Positions 29,161-38,947 of a DNA stretch of 64,000 nt are shown piece by piece. Origin of the DNA: a bacterium (GTDB lineage: Bacteria; UBA8248); NCBI GenBank assembly GCA_965207065.1, contig OZ242260.1:3840001-3904000 (forward strand), written 5' to 3'. The stretch's first letter is position 1; every line of letters starts with the position of its first letter. The notes below the pieces were generated by a model. It was not told where the DNA came from, ran no database searches, and saw nothing but the letters and a program-made list of their open reading frames with translations. The translations under genes were made by a program, and so were the position numbers.

Positions 29161-30609
29161 ATGTCTACCTGGATAGATGATCATCCAAAAGAAGAATGCG
29201 GCGTATTCGGGATCTACGGCCACCCTGAGGCGGCCAACATGGCCTACCTGGGTCTCTACGCACTTCAGCACAGAGGACAGGAGAGTGCGGGCATCGTGGC
29301 CTCCAACGGGGATAGGGTACACAGCGAAGTCGGTATGGGCCTCGTTGCTGATGTATTTACGGAAGAACGTATCGCTAAGCTTACCGGCAGCATCGCCATC
29401 GGACACAATCGCTACTCCACTTCCGGGCAATCCGACATCAAAAACGCACAACCGTTTCTGGTGAACTACGCCAAGGGAACAATCGCTCTCGGCCACAACG
29501 GGAACCTCGTCAATGGCGGCACCTTGCGTCAGGAGCTCGAAGCGAACGGCTCCATTTTCCGCAGTACGACGGACAGTGAGGTTATCTTGCATCTCATCGC
29601 GCGCTCCGATGAGAAAACCACCGAGGGAGCCATCATCGAAGCTATCCTGAGATTAGAGGGAGCCTATACGCTCACGATGATGACCGAGGAGAAGTTGATC
29701 GGTATCCGTGATCCCCTTGGCTTCCGTCCTCTGGTTTTGGGCAAACTCCCCGCCGCACAAAGCGGGAGCGATTCCTGGGTTCTCGCGAGCGAATCTTGCG
29801 CACTCGACCTGATTGACGCCGAATACGTACGGGAAGTGGAACCAGGCGAAATGGTCGTGATCGATAAAGACGGAGTAGCAAGCATCACTTATGCTCCGGC
29901 CGTTGAGCAACAGCAATGTATATTCGAGTTCATATATTTCGCCCGCCCGGACAGTTTCATTTTCGGAAAAAACGCCTATGCCGTCAGGAGAAAACTAGGC
30001 GCTCGACTCGCCGCGGAAGATAATGTGGAGGCGGATATCGTCACGCCTGTTCCAGACTCGGGCCTATCCGCCGCGCTCGGATACGCGAACGCATCGGGCT
30101 TGCCTCTTGAATGGGGCCTGATTCGTAACCACTATGTGGGCCGTACGTTTATCGAGCCGGAGCAGTCCATTCGAAATTTCGGCGTCAAACTCAAATTGAA
30201 TCCTATGAAAGAGTTCCTGGCGGACAAGCGGGTCATCGTGGTCGATGATTCCCTCGTCAGGGGCACGACGAGCCAAAAAATTGTAGAACTCATCCGGAAA
30301 GCAGGCGCAAAAGAAGTTCATATGCGTATCAGTTCCCCTCCCATCACCCACCCATGTTTTTTCGGTATCGACATGCCTACCCTCTCGGAACTAAAGGCCT
30401 CTTCGAACAGCGTTGAGGAAATCCGGCAATTCCTCAGAGCGGACAGTCTTCGCTATTTATCACTGGAGGGCCTGCTCCACTGCGTTCACCCGGATGAAGA
30501 ATCGTTTTGCACGGCTTGTTTCTCGGGAAAATATCCGATTTCCGTCGAAGACAATGACTACCAACTCTCTTTATTCCGGGATTCCCGCACTTCGGAGCAC
30601 CGCGCATAA
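29161..30609 (+). CDS. purF: Amidophosphoribosyltransferase
   Basis: Propeptide then EECGVFG, QHRGQES, VVDDSLVRGTT, CTACF; start reassigned to ATG 29161. Confidence 0.97.
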   Translation: MSTWIDDHPKEECGVFGIYGHPEAANMAYLGLYALQHRGQESAGIVASNGDRVHSEVGMGLVADVFTEERIAKLTGSIAIGHNRYSTSGQSDIKNAQPFLVNYAKGTIALGHNGNLVNGGTLRQELEANGSIFRSTTDSEVILHLIARSDEKTTEGAIIEAILRLEGAYTLTMMTEEKLIGIRDPLGFRPLVLGKLPAAQSGSDSWVLASESCALDLIDAEYVREVEPGEMVVIDKDGVASITYAPAVEQQQCIFEFIYFARPDSFIFGKNAYAVRRKLGARLAAEDNVEADIVTPVPDSGLSAALGYANASGLPLEWGLIRNHYVGRTFIEPEQSIRNFGVKLKLNPMKEFLADKRVIVVDDSLVRGTTSQKIVELIRKAGAKEVHMRISSPPITHPCFFGIDMPTLSELKASSNSVEEIRQFLRADSLRYLSLEGLLHCVHPDEESFCTACFSGKYPISVEDNDYQLSLFRDSRTSEHRA

Positions 30610-30719
30610 CCAATTTGACCAAGCTTGCCGGTGATTGTTATCCTATCGGGCGATTTTTGATCAGCCTACTGGAACACTATAAGAGAACAGCCTGAAATTA
30701 GGGAGAAAGTGTCTTGCTC

Positions 30720-32489
30720 ATGAATCGAAGATGTTTTCTCCTGATCTGCGCACTCGCAGCAGGCTGCAGCGCAGCGCCTGTCGCCCAGAATGAAATTCAG
30801 CAGAAAATATTACCAAATGATATTTCTTTTGAGACGCGCACCCACACAGCTCCCCAAACAAGAGTTTTACTCCCATCCCCGGCTCCAACACCTGAAACGC
30901 GCGAACAACCTGAAATCACTCCGAAAGAATCGCCTATTGCCTCGGTATCCATACCATTAAATAATATCGAAGCGGACAAAATCACAAAGCAGTCAGACCC
31001 TGTAGATTCCAGGGATGAAAAGGCGGACATAGACTCTGAACCTTCCCCACATGACATCAGCCTGCCGGTGCCCGAAATCGAAGAAAGGCTCAAGTTCCGG
31101 CCAACACCGGAAGCCAAGAAGCCCAAGGCCTTTTTGTATGACGTCCCCGTTGTTCGAAACGCCATCGTGGATCGATGGGTAGAGTACTTTACAGGTCCCG
31201 GGCGCGCCAGTTTTTCCGTCTGGCTTAGCAGGGGGGGGCGCTATATCAATTTGTTCCGTGAAATCCTGAAGGAACACCAACTTCCGCAGGACCTGGCATA
31301 TCTCTCTTTGATCGAGAGCGGATTCAGCCCGAAGGCACGCTCCAGAGCCGGCGCGGTTGGTCCCTGGCAGTTCATGCCGGGCACCGCGAGGCGGATGGGC
31401 CTGAAGATAAATTATTATATAGATGAGCGACGCCACCCGATGAAATCCACGCGGGCGGCTTCGGCTTACCTATCGAAACTTTACAAGAAATTCGGCGACT
31501 GGCATCTGGCGCTCTCCGCATACAACGCGGGGGAGCACCGCATCGCCAGGGCCATTCGCAGATCGAAGCGAAAAGACTACTGGTCACTCGCCAGAACAAG
31601 ATACATACCGAACGAAACTCGCAACTACGTCGCGAAGTACCTGGCAGGGATGATTATCGCGAAAAACCCGGAAGTTTTCGGATTCGTGGACATCGATTAT
31701 GCAAAATCCTGGAATTACAAAACCGTCAAACTTTCTCATGGCGCCAGCTTAAGAGCAATTTCCCGTATTTCGAACGTCTCTTTGCGCACATTGAGGGAAA
31801 TAAATGCAGAGCTGAGAACCTCCGTCACGCCGCCGGGCAATGGATACCATCTCTTTCTTCCGGGTGAAAAAGCGAAAAAATTTGCCGTGAAACTGGCGAA
31901 ACTGACCGAGAAATATCTCGCTTCTCCCAACGGTTACCGCATACAGCCAGGTGATACTTTCGGCGCCATCGCGCAAAGATTCGGAGTCCCGTTAGACAGG
32001 CTCCTCGAACTAAACACCCATCTCCACCCCAGAAGACTTCGAGTGGGCGCCAAAATTCTTATGCCGAAAGCGCCAAAAAATCTGGCGTCGGCTGAATTAA
32101 ATGCAACATCATTAAATGCAAAATCGGCAAACGGGACCGCACCAGTTCCGAAGCTGCACGTTGTACAAGAAGGCGAAAATTTTTGGCTCGTCGCTGAGAA
32201 ATACAATATCTCCACTAAAGAATTGGTGCAGATCAATGCCGGAATCGACCCGAAGCGCTTGCGCATCGGCATGCAAATTCATCTCCCTTCCCCAAAACAC
32301 CTTATAAAGGTCGAAAAGAAAGAGAAAAAAGCTCCAGCGAAACCATTGCACCATCTTGTAAACCCAGGAGAGAATATTTCGCTCATCGCTGAACGATATG
32401 GAGTTTCCACAGAATCTCTCCTCGCCTGGAATCGCCTGAGCGCCTCGGCCAAAATTTACCCTGGGGAAAAACTGATCGTTCGCCGCTAG
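30720..32489 (+). CDS. mltD: LysM-repeat lytic transglycosylase (MltD-like lipoprotein)
   Basis: Lipobox AAGC, IESGF, GPWQFMP, AYNAGE, ETRNYV, C-terminal LysM repeats. Confidence 0.88.
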   Translation: MNRRCFLLICALAAGCSAAPVAQNEIQQKILPNDISFETRTHTAPQTRVLLPSPAPTPETREQPEITPKESPIASVSIPLNNIEADKITKQSDPVDSRDEKADIDSEPSPHDISLPVPEIEERLKFRPTPEAKKPKAFLYDVPVVRNAIVDRWVEYFTGPGRASFSVWLSRGGRYINLFREILKEHQLPQDLAYLSLIESGFSPKARSRAGAVGPWQFMPGTARRMGLKINYYIDERRHPMKSTRAASAYLSKLYKKFGDWHLALSAYNAGEHRIARAIRRSKRKDYWSLARTRYIPNETRNYVAKYLAGMIIAKNPEVFGFVDIDYAKSWNYKTVKLSHGASLRAISRISNVSLRTLREINAELRTSVTPPGNGYHLFLPGEKAKKFAVKLAKLTEKYLASPNGYRIQPGDTFGAIAQRFGVPLDRLLELNTHLHPRRLRVGAKILMPKAPKNLASAELNATSLNAKSANGTAPVPKLHVVQEGENFWLVAEKYNISTKELVQINAGIDPKRLRIGMQIHLPSPKHLIKVEKKEKKAPAKPLHHLVNPGENISLIAERYGVSTESLLAWNRLSASAKIYPGEKLIVRR

Positions 32490-32585
32490 AATCGAAGGTT
32501 TCTTGACACCTGCTTGACTGCTCTCCTAAGATTCAAAGTGAGTTGGAGTTGCCCGGCGATATTTCTCTTTTCAATAGAGAATACT

Positions 32586-33359
32586 ATGTTCAAGCGAGCT
32601 ACACTCGACCTCATGACAATTGTTTTCTCCTTAGTCTGTGTGCTCCTCATTCTGAGTGGATGCGTCTCCCGTCCCAACCAGCAGGCATCGCCCGGAGAAT
32701 TACTCGTCATCGGCGAAGAGGATATGCGCTCTGAGCGCTTCGAGGCGGCGCGCCTTGCGTTCAAACGCTTGCTGGAAGAATATCCCGACAGCAAACACCG
32801 CCGAAGCGCACTGTTGAGATTGGGAGATTCATACTACCACGCGGAAGAATACATCGAATCGAAGCTACAATACGCTGAATACGTGCGTCTCTATCCAGTT
32901 AGCGCTGGAACGCCGAAAGCATACTATTTTCTCGCGATGAGTGATTATCAAAGGAATCTCGACATTGACCAGGATGCAACTGTCGCTAGAGATGCGCTTG
33001 AAAACTTTCAGACTCTCGTGCGTCGCTTCCCCGGCTCGGAACACACGGCCGATGCAAAGCAGAAGATATTGGAGTTAAGAGAACATCTCGCCCAAAATGC
33101 ACTGTTCATCGCAAATTTTTACTTCAGGACAAATCTACAAGTCTCCGCGATTCCGCGCTACAGAGAAATTATTCGAGACTTTGATGATATTCCCCACGTG
33201 CGCGCTGAAGCCATGTTTAAGCTGGGGGAAAGCTACAGAATAGAAGAAAGCTTCAAGAAAGCAGGAGAAGCCTATGGCTTACTTTTAGAGTCGTATCCCG
33301 ATGACCAGTACGCTTCTCCTGCATATAACAGGCTTCTCGCGCTCACGAGCAAAAAATGA
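32586..33359 (+). CDS. bamD: Outer-membrane protein assembly factor BamD
   Basis: Lipobox LSGC, TPR helices, DQD...FP.S, IANFY. Confidence 0.88.
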   Translation: MFKRATLDLMTIVFSLVCVLLILSGCVSRPNQQASPGELLVIGEEDMRSERFEAARLAFKRLLEEYPDSKHRRSALLRLGDSYYHAEEYIESKLQYAEYVRLYPVSAGTPKAYYFLAMSDYQRNLDIDQDATVARDALENFQTLVRRFPGSEHTADAKQKILELREHLAQNALFIANFYFRTNLQVSAIPRYREIIRDFDDIPHVRAEAMFKLGESYRIEESFKKAGEAYGLLLESYPDDQYASPAYNRLLALTSKK

Positions 33360-33410
33360 CTATCCGACCTGTTTTGTCCAAACAACCCGGCTACACTCGA
33401 GTAATTCTCG

Positions 33411-34385
33411 ATGACTGAGCCAAACGAAGGCGAGTCCGAAGACAGAACTTTGCCTGCCGGACCCGACGAGGCCCCGGATACAAAAGAAACGGATTCCTAC
33501 ACGAATGCACCCACGTATTCCGACTCCCCCGGTGATTCGGACGAAGACGCGCCCGCTTCTCCCGCCGTGGATACACTGTCCCTCTATCTCAGAAACATCG
33601 GCGCCCACCCCATCCTCAAGCGCGATGAAGAACACACGCTCGCCATTGCGGCTAGTGAAGGGGATGAAGAAGCTTTTAACATACTGGTTCGTTCGAATCT
33701 CAGATATGTCGTCACCGTGGCGAATCGCTACAAAGGCTTCGGGCTTTCACTCGAGGATTTGATAAATGAGGGGAACATCGGGTTGATCAATGCGATCAAA
33801 CGCTTCGACCCGGAACGCGGAGTAAAACTCATTACCTACGCCGTATGGTGGATTCGTCAAAGCATCATGCACGCTCTGGCGAATCAGAGGAGCACTGTAC
33901 GGCTGCCCGTTAAGCAGGCCGGTCTTCTGCATAAAATCTCCATCATGTTCGAGAAGCTCCGGCAGGAATTCAAGCGTGAACCAACAACATTTGAATTGTC
34001 CGAACGGTTGAACATAAAAGTGGCGGACATCGAGAAACTCATTCGCGCGAATCGGCAATATCTTTCCCTCGACGCCACTGTTTCTCCCGACGACGACACC
34101 AGCTACCTTGATTTACTCGAAGAGAAAAGCACCGCATCCGTGGAGGAAAATGTGGTGCAGCACTCTCTGGAAGAGGAGGTGGAGGACTTGCTTGCAGAAC
34201 TCGACCCCAGAGAGCGTGACATCATTCGTATGCGCTACGGCTTCGACGGAGAGGCGATGACGCTCGAAGAAATCGGAGGCAAACTCGGACTATCGCGCGA
34301 AAGAATCAGACAGATAGAAAAAAAAGTGATAAATCGCTTTCGCGCGGAAAGCAGCCACCAGACACTGCATGATTTTCTGAGTTGA
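33411..34385 (+). CDS. Sigma70-family sigma factor (RpoD/RpoS-like, lacking region 1.1)
   Basis: NLRYVV, DLINEGNIGL, TYAVWWIRQ, TLEEIG...SRERIRQIE. Confidence 0.92.
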   Translation: MTEPNEGESEDRTLPAGPDEAPDTKETDSYTNAPTYSDSPGDSDEDAPASPAVDTLSLYLRNIGAHPILKRDEEHTLAIAASEGDEEAFNILVRSNLRYVVTVANRYKGFGLSLEDLINEGNIGLINAIKRFDPERGVKLITYAVWWIRQSIMHALANQRSTVRLPVKQAGLLHKISIMFEKLRQEFKREPTTFELSERLNIKVADIEKLIRANRQYLSLDATVSPDDDTSYLDLLEEKSTASVEENVVQHSLEEEVEDLLAELDPRERDIIRMRYGFDGEAMTLEEIGGKLGLSRERIRQIEKKVINRFRAESSHQTLHDFLS

Positions 34386-34996
34386 CGATGTCCGAGGCGA
34401 AGCCACAAAAATCTGACGCTTCTCCCGCAGGCTGGCGAGAAGCGGCCTCGCGCCTCATCGCGAGTGGAACCGGAGAAAAATTCACGCTCGCGAACAGCCT
34501 CACTCTCGCTCGCATCCTGATGGTTCCAGTGCTCGTCATGTTCTTACTCCAAGGCTCGCCCCCCGCGCAATACTTCGCAGCCGGCCTATTCGTCATGGCG
34601 GCCTTCACGGACTGGCTCGATGGCCACTTGGCCAGAACGCGAGACCAGATTACCCCTCTGGGTGAAATTCTTGACCCCGTGGCCGACAAGCTGCTTATCG
34701 TCGCCGCTTTGATCCCCCTGGTATCGCTGGGCAAAGTGGACGCCTGGGTCGTGGGCATCCTGTTGGGTCGGGAGCTTCTGGTGACGGCTTTTCGAGCTGT
34801 GGCCTTGCGTCGTGGTCTGGTGATACCGGCGGGCTTTCTCGGCAAAATCAAGATGGGCCTGGAGGTGACAGCGATTTTTTTCCTGATTCTGAGTATATTC
34901 CCGCCCCTGGGCACAATTTTGATTTGGGCCGCCATGATAGCGGCAGTGGTTTCTGCGGTTGATTATTTTCGGCAAATCATTCGAGCCATCTCCTGA
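34382..34996 (+). CDS. pgsA: CDP-diacylglycerol--glycerol-3-phosphate phosphatidyltransferase
   Basis: NSLTLAR, TDWLDGHLAR, LDPVADK, GKIK. Confidence 0.92.
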   Translation: MTMSEAKPQKSDASPAGWREAASRLIASGTGEKFTLANSLTLARILMVPVLVMFLLQGSPPAQYFAAGLFVMAAFTDWLDGHLARTRDQITPLGEILDPVADKLLIVAALIPLVSLGKVDAWVVGILLGRELLVTAFRAVALRRGLVIPAGFLGKIKMGLEVTAIFFLILSIFPPLGTILIWAAMIAAVVSAVDYFRQIIRAIS

Positions 34997-35601
34997 TGGG
35001 CGCGTTTTCCCTCGTGCTCCTTGTCGGTGGATTCCTGGGTGCCATACCCTTCGGGGTGGTGGTCACCCGATTGTTCGGCGCCGAGGACCCGCGTAAATCC
35101 GGAAGCGGCAACATCGGCGCGACAAACGTCTTGAGAACAAGTGGCTGGAAAAGCGGTGTTCTCACCCTTCTGCTCGATGTGCTGAAAGGCGTTGCAGCCA
35201 TCCTTTTCGCCCGTTATGTGGCCTCGCGCGTCTCCGCCCCCGCTCTGGAGCCCACTGCCGCTCTTGCGGCGGTGCTCGGACACATGTATTCGCCGTTCAC
35301 GGGGTTTCGCGGGGGCAAGGGCGTGGCCACAGGGCTGGGCGTGTTCGCCCTCCTGACCCCGGGGCCAACGGCCCTCGCCGCGCTGGTATTCATACTCGTG
35401 GTGACCGTGACGCGCTACGTCTCTCTCGGCTCCATGTTCGCCGCGGCGACGGTGCCGCTCGCGAGCTTTTGGATGACCTACCCCACAGTGGTATGCGCCT
35501 CATCCGCCCTGATCTCCCTGTCGGTGATTTGGAAACATCAAGACAACATCGGACGATTGATGCGAGGCGAGGAAAATCGCATCGGGCAGAAAAAGGGGTA
35601 A
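34996..35601 (+). CDS. plsY: Glycerol-3-phosphate acyltransferase PlsY
   Basis: GSGNIGATN, DVLKG, GGKGVAT, KHQDNI. Confidence 0.95.
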   Translation: MGAFSLVLLVGGFLGAIPFGVVVTRLFGAEDPRKSGSGNIGATNVLRTSGWKSGVLTLLLDVLKGVAAILFARYVASRVSAPALEPTAALAAVLGHMYSPFTGFRGGKGVATGLGVFALLTPGPTALAALVFILVVTVTRYVSLGSMFAAATVPLASFWMTYPTVVCASSALISLSVIWKHQDNIGRLMRGEENRIGQKKG

Positions 35602-35659
35602 TGCTGAACTTAGATTTCGGATAGCCGAAAATTATATTTATCAAGCAATTGGAGGAAAC

Positions 35660-36025
35660 ATGCTCACCGGTTGCTCCCCGGTTTTTCTTCTCGTCATTCT
35701 AGGCGTGGGAATCGGGAGTTGGATGTTTGGAAATCACACTGCCGCCCGAATCACTGGGATATTGGCGATAACCGTCTTTCTCGCCTATTTCGCTCTTTTG
35801 AACTGGACGGCGCAAAACCGCCAGAAACAAGAATCAGGCACTCAGCGGGAAAAGGATTTATATCAGGAAATCACGGGCCCGCACGATGATGGGACGCGCA
35901 GGGAACCATTCACCGAAGAAGACAGGGCGGAGTGGCGGAACTACCTCAAAACAGAAGGGAAGATCCTCTGGTTCGGGGTGGCGGGACTTCTCCTGGCCCT
36001 TCTCTATCTGACACTGAAAAACTGA
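35660..36025 (+). CDS. Hypothetical membrane protein
   Basis: GGAGG RBS, three hydrophobic segments. Confidence 0.6.
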   Translation: MLTGCSPVFLLVILGVGIGSWMFGNHTAARITGILAITVFLAYFALLNWTAQNRQKQESGTQREKDLYQEITGPHDDGTRREPFTEEDRAEWRNYLKTEGKILWFGVAGLLLALLYLTLKN

Positions 36026-37116
36026 ATCACCGTATCCGCCACATAATCGAGGTCCTCACCCGTCAATTCCGGATAGACGGGAAGCGACAAGACCTGGGCC
36101 GCTGCGGCTTCGCTCTCAGGAAAATCCCCTTGTCGATAGCTATCGAAGCAAGGATGGAGATGCAAGGGAGAAGGATAATACACGGCGCAACCCACTTCGT
36201 TTCGCAACAGGTATTCCTGCAGCGCGTCGCGCTCGGGTGTGCGAACCGCGTATTGGTGAAACACATGGCCCTCATCCGGGAACGAGGGCGGAGCGAACCG
36301 CTCCCCGATAATCCCGCCCGCCTCGAACCTTTCATGATATTTTCGGGCGTTTTCCCGCCTCTTTGCGCTCCACTCCTCCAGGCGATTTAGTTTGACGGAC
36401 AAAAACGCCGCCTGCATCGTATCCATTCTGAAATTCCCGCCTACTTCCAGATACTCGGAATTATCAGGCGAACCGTGAATCCTGAGCTTGCGCATGCGCT
36501 CGGCCAGCGCGTCGCTTTTGGTTAATACCATACCGGCGTCGCCAAGCGCGCTCAGGTTTTTCGTGGGATAAAACGACAGACAGCCCGCATCCCCGATGGC
36601 GCCGGCCACGCCCTGACTCATCCGCGCGCCGACGGCCTGGGCGGCGTCCTCAACTACATAAAGCTGGTGACGCTCGGCGATTTCGAGAATCTCCGCCATC
36701 GGAGCGCAGCGACCGTACATGTGAACTGGTATGATCCCTTTCGTATTCGGCGTGATGGCCTCTTCAAGCCGCCCCGATGCGAGATTGAACGTGTCGGGGT
36801 CGATATCCACGAACACCGGCTTCGCGCCCAGGCGATGGATGACGCCAGCGGTGGCAAAAAACGTGAACGCCGATGTGATGATTTCATCGCCCGGGCGTAC
36901 ATCGTTCGCCATCAGCGCCAACAGCAGAGCGTCCGTGCCCGAGGAGACGGCGATGGCGTGCTCCGCCCCGCAATAGGACGCCATTTCGGACTCGAAAGCG
37001 CTGATCTCCTCGCCCATGACGAACCTCTGGTGGGTCATCACGTTTTCGACAGCCGCCAAAAACTGCGCTTTCAGCGGCCCATTTTGAGCTTTCAAGTCAT
37101 AAAGGGGTACGCGCAT
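36004..37116 (-). CDS. DegT/DnrJ/EryC1/StrS PLP aminotransferase
   Basis: SSGTDAL, EDAAQA, SFYPTKNL, LSLPVYP. Confidence 0.93.
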   Translation of the reverse strand: MRVPLYDLKAQNGPLKAQFLAAVENVMTHQRFVMGEEISAFESEMASYCGAEHAIAVSSGTDALLLALMANDVRPGDEIITSAFTFFATAGVIHRLGAKPVFVDIDPDTFNLASGRLEEAITPNTKGIIPVHMYGRCAPMAEILEIAERHQLYVVEDAAQAVGARMSQGVAGAIGDAGCLSFYPTKNLSALGDAGMVLTKSDALAERMRKLRIHGSPDNSEYLEVGGNFRMDTMQAAFLSVKLNRLEEWSAKRRENARKYHERFEAGGIIGERFAPPSFPDEGHVFHQYAVRTPERDALQEYLLRNEVGCAVYYPSPLHLHPCFDSYRQGDFPESEAAAAQVLSLPVYPELTGEDLDYVADTVIQFFSVR

Positions 37117-37163
37117 GGAGACTTTCTTGTCCTATCGAAAATCCTCTTGGACGAAACACAAGT

Positions 37164-37186
37164 TGGTGCCGGAGGCCGGTTTCGAA
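37164..37186 (-). repeat. Distal att site: displaced tRNA-Leu 3' end including CCA
   Basis: tggtgccggaggccggtttcgaa; 13-bp exact core tgccggaggccgg (37167-37179) equals 47660-47672. Confidence 0.88.
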
Positions 37187-37239
37187 TATGCCAGCTAAGG
37201 CATTGTATTTATTAATCTTGCAATTTCAAAACTTTCACT

Positions 37240-37253
37240 TAACCCACGATTTA
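37240..37253. promoter_or_regulatory. Putative integrase arm-type binding site
   Basis: taacccacgattta is identical to 47512-47525 at the other end of the element. Confidence 0.7.
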
Positions 37254-37294
37254 CACCACAAGATTATCATATTTCTCGCTTCTGTTGTGAAATC

Positions 37295-37765
37295 TTATAC
37301 CAAATTCCAAATACCCAAAATAGCACCAACAATGAAAGATAAAAGTCCTAAACCACCTGATACATTTTCCCAACATATCCAATTATTATGGCGTTCATTT
37401 AAATTTCCACACTCTTCATCAAATTTAACTCTACTGATTCTGTCCGCAGAATAATCTTGGGTAAGTTTATTGTGTTTTCTACTTAAGTCCATAAATCGCA
37501 AATACACACTACCATTGATCATAACAGCAAGAACAAGACCTAGGCAAAAACAGGCCATTGGTGGCCAAAGCCAAGCGTCATTATGAGGCTTCGCGGCAGT
37601 TAATACTGCCACTAGGGCACCGCCGTTCATAAAAACAAGATGGCGAATATACATGTATCCTGAAGATATTTCAGCATCAACAATCTTGGATGAGATACTT
37701 TCCGCAACCTCTACAAACTTTCTTTGGTATTCTTCTGGACTTTCAGAAAACCTGTGCTCATCCAT
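37295..37765 (-). CDS. AT-rich cargo membrane protein, function unknown
   Basis: 156 aa, three hydrophobic segments, GGGGAG RBS, visibly lower GC than neighbours. Confidence 0.75.
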   Translation of the reverse strand: MDEHRFSESPEEYQRKFVEVAESISSKIVDAEISSGYMYIRHLVFMNGGALVAVLTAAKPHNDAWLWPPMACFCLGLVLAVMINGSVYLRFMDLSRKHNKLTQDYSADRISRVKFDEECGNLNERHNNWICWENVSGGLGLLSFIVGAILGIWNLV

Positions 37766-37895
37766 AGTCCAAACGCTCCCCTATTTTCAGTCGCCTACCC
37801 TCTCCTTTTAGGCCCTTTTTTTCCGGGGGGGAGTATACACCTTTCGGGAAAGGTTTTCTCGCGTCTTACGCCGTCTCTGCGAGCGTGGCGGCGGC

Positions 37896-38444
37896 CTAGC
37901 TTTCGGCGTCGACTTGGAATGAATCCCCGGCAAGGTCGACGGGAACGCGCTCCATTCGACCCACGGCCTGAACGTCTGGCTGTAGATATGCAATATCGAG
38001 GTCGATTGCGACCCGCTCCTCATATTCATCGTCCGGGATGATCGCGGAAACGTCTCGAACGACTAGCGGATTTCGCACCCGGAAGCGAGCGCCGCCGAAC
38101 GTCCCTTGAATCTCCGCGTCGTTCCTGTCGGCTTCGAGTCGGCCAAGGGGAGACTGCGACCACTTCACGAAGCGCTCCGCCGCCGACTGCGCTCCCGACC
38201 GGTAGAACTGGACGCTGTAGGTCGCAAAGTGAGTCGCCTGCACCGATACCCCTACCTGCCCGTCATCCGCGTCGAAGTAATGCTCTGACGCCTGTCCTGC
38301 TGTTGAATCGGTTATCAGAGTTACGGACGCGAACAACCCAGAGGGGAGCGGCGCGGATTCGTTTCCCGGAATGACGAGGGTCGTGTCGATGCCCGACCCC
38401 TTGGCGACGTAAGTGCGGAGCCTGCGTTCAAGGTTGATGTTCAT
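37896..38444 (-). CDS. Phage neck/tail-terminator-like protein (tentative)
   Basis: 182 aa, ATGA-coupled last gene of the head operon; pattern VIPGNE.AP.P...ASVT...YSVQFY...E.R..IDL.I.Y recalls neck terminators. Confidence 0.5.
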   Translation of the reverse strand: MNINLERRLRTYVAKGSGIDTTLVIPGNESAPLPSGLFASVTLITDSTAGQASEHYFDADDGQVGVSVQATHFATYSVQFYRSGAQSAAERFVKWSQSPLGRLEADRNDAEIQGTFGGARFRVRNPLVVRDVSAIIPDDEYEERVAIDLDIAYLQPDVQAVGRMERVPVDLAGDSFQVDAES

Positions 38445-38947
38445 GCTCGACTTTCCTCAAGCATTTTCTTGCGCAAGTAACAGACCCGCGTCCGCGTTGC
38501 ATTGAACGTCCTACGACCGGAGAAGTGCTTTTGCCACACGTCCGGCCAGGTGCCCGGCGGAACTTTCGGAAACTCGATATGCGCAGCAAGGATTTCATCT
38601 TCCCATTCCTGCCAGTGTCCATCCTCCTCGGCGCTGCCCAGAAAATCGACATCCAACGTCCTAAGCCGTTCCAGTAGAGAAGCTTTGGAGCGACCCAAGG
38701 TAAACGCGAGCGCATCTAGTTCAGATAAGGCTTCATAGTGCTTATGGATAGGCACTGCCTTGCAAGCGAGGAGCGCCGCGTCTTCCTCGGCAGTCCAATC
38801 TTTTCTCGTGGTCTTTGGGTTTTCGATTCCAACCTTTGAGAAACCGTTCCGGCGATATCGGCTGTAGTGCTTATGGCAGAGGCCCCGAGCCGTTTTCACG
38901 CCCCCGCAGCCCTCGATCTCGCAAACCCGGTTGATGATGACCATCAC
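38441..38947 (-). CDS. Cys/His zinc-finger plus Myb/SANT-like repeat protein
   Basis: CEIEGC...GLCHKHY; WTAEEDAALL and WQEWEDEILA repeats; GTGA overlap. Confidence 0.6.
   Translation of the reverse strand: MMVIINRVCEIEGCGGVKTARGLCHKHYSRYRRNGFSKVGIENPKTTRKDWTAEEDAALLACKAVPIHKHYEALSELDALAFTLGRSKASLLERLRTLDVDFLGSAEEDGHWQEWEDEILAAHIEFPKVPPGTWPDVWQKHFSGRRTFNATRTRVCYLRKKMLEESRA

Noticed and set aside
37805-37895. T7/G7 runs, a short hairpin and a weak 5+5 bp pseudoknot as a cos/pac site
   Set aside because: Stems are too short to exceed chance, and I cannot match a known cos consensus; needs virion end mapping.
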